Shown here in pieces: positions 8,406 through 13,326 of a DNA stretch of 13,326 nt. Made by a program: the position numbers and the translations under genes. The DNA lies in the NCBI RefSeq assembly GCF_006345805.1, contig NW_021826171.1:1-13326 (forward strand), written 5' to 3'. The number at the start of each line of letters is the position of its first letter. The stretch's first letter is position 1. This stretch comes from Octopus sinensis (taxonomy: Eukaryota). Under the pieces are notes generated by a model that worked only from the letters and a program-made list of their open reading frames with translations, was not told the origin of the DNA and did not search any database.

Positions 8406-8540
8406 TGGAAGAAGAAGAAGAAGAAGAAAGAAGAAGAAGAAGAAGAAGAAGAAGAAGAAGAAGGAGGAGGAGGAGGAGGAGGAAGAAGAAGAAGAGAAGA
8501 AGAAGAAGAAGAAGAAGAAGAAGAAGAGGAAGAGGAAGCA
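8406..8540. repeat. (GAA)n/(GAG)n microsatellite
   Basis: Direct periodicity. Confidence 0.95.
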
Positions 8541-9007
8541 ACAGTGGCTGTCAATCTGTAGAAGGACAAACGGAAGCCCAAAATAAGCACGCACGCACAC
8601 ACGTGTACATAAAAGTATCCTGTTTGTATTTTGTCTTTAAATGATGGCAATTTAATTGTTATTTGTAGCAGTTAAAATGTCCACATCGAAAATTCCTCAT
8701 CGGCCCGTAACTGAACAGTTTTTAGTGGGGCAGCCGGTTTGGGGGACGAGGTAAAAGTAAGGGCTTCAATGTGATGAAACCCAATGTACCGAACTGTGAC
8801 AAAAGAGGGTGTATTATGGGTAGCAGAGGTCAGAGTTCAGTGTGACACTCTAATGCTAAAGAGGTGTAGGAGGTGGTGAGATGGTGAGAATGATGATGGA
8901 TAGAGACAGAATGTAGGGATGTTGTAGAAGAGTGATGATAGAAACGCAACAGTGTAATGGGTGGGGCAGAATGTGGAAAGTATGTGGAATGTGGAAAAGT
9001 AATCAAG

Positions 9008-9008
9008 T

Positions 9009-9048
<40 letters not shown>

Positions 9049-9112
9049 CGGCGGCGGTGGTTGCGGTAGTGGTGGTGGTTGCAGTGGTAGTGGAGGTAGT
9101 AGCAGTTGGAGC
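9008..9112. repeat. (TAG)n grading into (GGC/GGT)n microsatellite
   Basis: Direct periodicity. Confidence 0.9.
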
Positions 9113-9293
9113 ACTACAAATACCTGCACATGGTAGCCGGTACTTCTTGGTTGTCTCACCCCCATTAAAAAATTGGGTTGGTTATCTCCCACCGTTTTAC
9201 GAGAAATCTTGGTACTTTTGGTTTTCTCCCTCAACGACAAAAAAATTGTCTATCCCTCAATAAAACAAACAAAAAGAAAAATGAAAAATTAAT

Positions 9294-9737
9294 AGGCGTA
9301 GGAGTGGCTGTGTGGTAAGTAGCTCTCTTACGAACCACATGGTTCCGAGTTCAGTCCCACTGCGTGGCACCTTGGGCAAAGTGTTTTCTACTATAGCCTC
9401 GGGCCGACCAAAGCCTTGCATGTGGATTTGTGATTTGGTAGCTGGAAACTGAACGAAGCCCGTCGTATATATGTATATATATATATATATATAAATATAT
9501 ATTATATATCTGTGTGTGTGTGTGTGTGTGTGTGTTTGTGTGTCTGTGTTTTCCCCCCAATATCGCTTGACAACCGATGCTGGTGTGTTTACATCCCAGT
9601 AACTTAGCGGTTTAGCAAAACTGACCGATAGAATAAGTACTAGACTTACAAAGAATAAGTCCCGGGATCGATTTGCCCGACTGAATGCGGTGCTCCAGCA
9701 TGACCACAGTCACATGACTGAAACAAGTAAAAGAGTA
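9294..9737 (+). mobile_element. SINE family A, full-length copy
   Basis: AGGCGTAGGAGTGGCTGTGTGGTAAGTAGC...GAGTTCAGTCCCACTGCGTGGCACCTTGGGC...(TA)n(TG)n...CAACCGATGCTGGTGTGTTT...GTAAAAGAGT. Colinear with 7313-7703. Confidence 0.9.
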
Positions 9738-10205
9738 AATATGGAAACTGAAAAAACTTAAACATCTGATAACATTTATATAACATTGGGGTGGCCAAAC
9801 GTCAACAATGTGTTGAAGTATTGAATCAAAAGGATCTAACTTTTTTTTTAATACAGTCTCTTGTGGCCACATCAACTCGATTTTTTTATTGAGGAGATAA
9901 CCGAATTTTGTAATGGCAATTTTTTAATGGGGGCGAGGTAACCAAAATGTATCTGGTAGTCTCACCATAAAAATAGCAGTTAAATCATTTTTATGTCACG
10001 TCCTCTTTTCTTTCAGCTTGGATGAACATCTCGGACATTGATGTAGTTGTAGATATAGTAGCCTAGAAAAAAAAATCAGACTGTAGGGCAGACTTGGTTT
10101 ATAGGTCTACTTGATGAAAGATGAACTCTAGGAACAACATTGAAAATGGCGACAACGATGACGATGACGATGACGACGGCAGTGCCTCCACTCTTTCCAA
10201 TCTTA

Positions 10206-10502
10206 TCTATCTATCCGCTCAGTCGAAGTCGACTCTCGGTCACTCGTTGGATCAGTGTCCTCCTATCAGTTCTATCCTGGGCCGCTTCTTTCAGATTGGC
10301 TATGTCCATTCCGGTATCCCTCTTGAAGGTGTCAAGCCAGCGGGTTCTTGGTCGGCCTCTTCCTCTCTTGCCACTGACCATTCCGAGCATGATGTCCTTC
10401 TCCAGGGATTTTCTCCGCATAATATGACCGAAATATGCCAATCTATGTTTGGTGATCCTAGCTTCTAGCGACATTTTCGGCCTGATCTACTTAAGAACTT
10501 CG
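10206..10502 (-). mobile_element. 5'-truncated RTE/BovB-type non-LTR retrotransposon 3' end
   Basis: The minus strand translates EVLK*IRPKMSLEARITKHRLAYFGHIMRRKSLEKDIMLGMVSGKRGRGRPRTRWLD...VTESRLRLSG*. The YFGHIMRR and G-R-RGRP-RW-D pattern is the known post-RT C-terminus of RTE-clade LINEs. There is a short (ATAG)n tail, an in-frame stop at 10489-10487, and a candidate TSD CCAATCTTA (10197-10205) / CCAAACTTA (10503-10511). Confidence 0.9.
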
Positions 10503-11619
10503 CCAAACTTAGTGAGCCCTAAATGAGTAACCCTGCAACGGACTTACTTTTCGATCAGTCGGAAATGTTCGCCTGCTCACTAGCCAACGAGGTGGCATCA
10601 TTCGAATGCTAAGACGATGCAAAGCGTATTCTGACTAGCGATGCATTACTACATCCGATAGTCTGGTCAATCACACGATCACGTGATGTGTGCGTGTGTG
10701 CGTATCTTATTGACGAGTACACTTGACTAAGGTCAACCGGAGGAAACTTAGCTTGGAGTACTAATCAGGTTTATCAGCATTCAATTATATACAAACAGGA
10801 ATATATATATATATATATACACACAGATATTCGCATATACATACATATACAATATATGTGTTTGTGTGTTTGTGTGTGTATACACAAGTACATATATATA
10901 AATATACACACCTACACCATACATACACACATATACATACATGTACGCATGTATATACACAGGTGTATACACCTTTATAGACATATATAGTTATGTATAT
11001 GTTTGTGGCTGTGTGAATGAGAGCGTGTGCGTATGTATGTGTTTTTGTATGTGTGTAAGCATGTCTGAGTAGTAAGATAATTCGCAGCAGATATGCTGAT
11101 AGAGTTATAGATATACAGGTATACAAACGTATGTGTTTAAATGCGTAAGCACCCATATACTCTCAAGTGCACACACAAAACGCATGCATATATGATATAT
11201 ACCTACATGTCTTTATAGAAGCACACATATACACACATGAAATATATATATATAGGAAGACAATCGCCCACAATACATAAACACAGCCAAAACGCACTTC
11301 ATCATACAGCAGACAGAAGTACGTGGATAGAAACCATCTGATGTAGTCTTAGGGGCTTCCTGGTGGTCCCTAAACCTCAGGGGTTCCATCAAGACGCGTA
11401 GTGATCTCCCTTTTCCTCACATCGTCTCCCAACCACCCTGCGTAGATCGCTGATAACGGCCATCTTGTTACCGTGGAAATCCTATCCCACTCTCTTTAGT
11501 ACTTGTCAGATTGTATCTCGTCCGTTTGTTTGTCACTCGGTGTGTTGTGTCCGCTTTCACCTCTCGCAACCGCCAACACCAACACCACCACCACCACCAC
11601 TATCACCACGCCCTCTTTC

Positions 11620-11805
11620 ACTCTCTCTCTTTCTCTCTCTTTCTCTCTCCACTCACACACATCGTTTGTCTCTTATCTTTCAAATGATTCTCTGATTGTT
11701 TTCACCTGTTTCTCTGTCACTCCTGTATTGTTTGTCAGTTTTTCTTTCAGCTTCTCTCCCCTCTCCCTCTCGACCCCTCTTTCCCACTCTCTCTTTGTCT
11801 CTTTC

Positions 11806-11863
<58 letters not shown>

Positions 11864-11865
11864 GA
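11620..11865. repeat. pyrimidine-rich (CT)n tract and (TCTA)n microsatellite (about 11806-11862)
   Basis: Direct periodicity. Confidence 0.9.
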
Positions 11866-12127
11866 TCTACCAATCTTTAATGCTGCATATACATAACTAT
11901 GTGTCTCACCAAAAATCTTTCTATATACCAATATTTCTGTTCATCTTTCATACACACACACACACGCACACACGCGCACATACACACACACCCACACACA
12001 CAATAAACTCACTCTATCTAGCTCTTTCCTAAACGACTGTTTTCTCTCTCGCTTTTCATCCACACACCTACATATTTCGCTTGCACTCTCTAATTTCTCT
12101 TACATTATTATTTTTCTTATGTCTCTG

Positions 12128-12240
12128 GCTGTCTGTCTGTCTGTCTCTCTCTCTCTGTCTCTCTCTGTCTCTCTCTGTCTCTCTCTCTCTCTCTGTCTCT
12201 CTCTCTGTCTCCTTCTCTCTCTTCTCCCACTCTCTCTTTT
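12128..12240. repeat. (CTGT)/(CT)n microsatellite
   Basis: Direct periodicity. Confidence 0.9.
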
Positions 12241-12658
12241 GCATTTTCTATAACACACACACAAAAGTACTCACATACACCCAGGTATTTCAAATGGAAT
12301 CCGATTTATAATTCATCTCACGATAACAGTTTTTTTTCCAGCATTTCCTTAGATACGATTTAATTCTAATTTCAAATCCCCGATAACTCGACAAAAGAAA
12401 ATTTGACCACACTGGTATCTGAACTCAGAATGGGAGTAGATGCATTGAACTTATACCTAGCCTCACATCTGTGCCTTAAGGCGCGGGGTAGACCTAGTGA
12501 ATTTAGTCAAAACTACTACTTTAAGGGCGTCAATAAAGTGTTTATCGATTATGAACTAGATTTCTTTTATGATAGACTCCACCTAAAACTTACGAATTGG
12601 GACCAAAATCTCGTGGAGGGAATCGACAGAGATTCGGAGAAGATAATTTTATATTATA

Positions 12659-13162
12659 CTAGCAGTATCGCCCGGCGTTGCTCGGGTTTGTAGCGGAAAT
12701 AACTATATAAGCATTTTTAGAGAGTTACTTCCCTTATAAATTCGGGCTTTCTTAGCCATTTTTGTTTGTTGGTGTCTTCAAGCCATGAAGTCGTTGTTCT
12801 AAAAGAACGCTGGTTCCTTCACAACGCATTACGAGTTGATTTCTTTACACTCCTTCCCCACAGCTTCACGAGGAGGGAAGGGGGAGAAGCAAACAGGTGC
12901 AGCTGTGAGCGTGGACGCCAACTCCGCCGCCATCGACATACGATGCATTTTATGCATTAAAATGGAATAAAAAATGATGTTAAATTATTTTTAAAATCGT
13001 AGACTCATCGTTGACGCGCGCTAATAGTCAGACGGGCTCGATATGAATCACGACTATAAGATACCCGAATTTGGTTAAACTGCACCGCAAAATGTGGGAG
13101 GAGTTAGGAATCTAAATCGAAGGGGACAGACACTCACACAACTAGAGTTTTATATATATAGA
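12659..13162 (-). mobile_element. non-autonomous Helitron-like rolling-circle element
   Basis: On the minus strand it starts with 5'-TC (13162-13161) and ends with CTAG-3' (12662-12659). A GC-rich hairpin CCCG-A-GC-AAC-GC-CGGG lies about 12 nt before the end. It is inserted between A and T with no TSD. These are canonical Helitron termini; there is no Rep/helicase ORF. Confidence 0.85.
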
Positions 13163-13326
13163 TTTAGTTCCCTAATGTTCTAAGTGCTCGTTGAAATATC
13201 GATAAGACGTGTAACTAGTGAATCTACTTTTAACCGTTTTTTTGTGTTAATCGCGACAATGTATATCAGTATATTAGTTTATCGCTGGCGGAGAGATGAG
13301 TCGCTACTAACTCTAGCGATCGGGCG

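Noticed and set aside
8342-9263. Poly-Ser, poly-Arg, poly-Leu and poly-Pro ORFs
   Set aside because: Derived from (GAA)n and (TAG)n tracts.
10542-10612. Possible small minus-strand exon ending at AAA|GTAAGT (10548)
   Set aside because: A good donor but a weak acceptor, no informative peptide, and no transcript evidence.
5680-10687. Perfect 10-bp palindromes GTCACGTGAC (5680-5689, CLEAR/E-box), GTGACGTCAC (7085-7094, CRE) and ATCACGTGAT (10678-10687)
   Set aside because: Isolated motifs with no promoter context or conservation evidence, so they cannot be called regulatory from sequence alone.
12471-12478. GTGCCTTA, a miR-124 seed match
   Set aside because: A single 8-mer with no precursor hairpin and no evidence that it lies in a 3' UTR. 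Compatible with chance.
12403-12693. 96-aa ORF with ordinary composition
   Set aside because: It starts at TTG and its last codons come from the Helitron. Removing the Helitron gives ATT TAG immediately, and I recognise no homology.

Overview
Gene-poor, repeat-dense, AT-rich animal DNA. It is most likely intronic or intergenic sequence of an octopus-like coleoid cephalopod; this is inferred from SINE families I recognise from memory and the very high microsatellite density, not from a database search. No host protein-coding gene can be supported: nearly all listed ORFs are translations of microsatellites. The only recognisable protein is a 5'-truncated RTE/BovB-type LINE C-terminus (10206-10502, minus strand). 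Other content includes three tRNA-derived SINE families, a non-autonomous Helitron-like element (12659-13162, minus) and two inverted copies of an unclassified repeat. The most notable feature is a 385-bp fold-back element (5130-5514) with near-perfect 138/139-bp inverted arms. Its spacer continues the pairing and ends in a type I hammerhead-ribozyme fold on the minus strand (core UUGACGA, stem II, GAAA, palindromic ACUAGU stem III, GUU site). It lies between (TA)n tracts and resembles a minimal Penelope-like or retrozyme-type element. Two core positions deviate from consensus, so the activity of this copy is uncertain.
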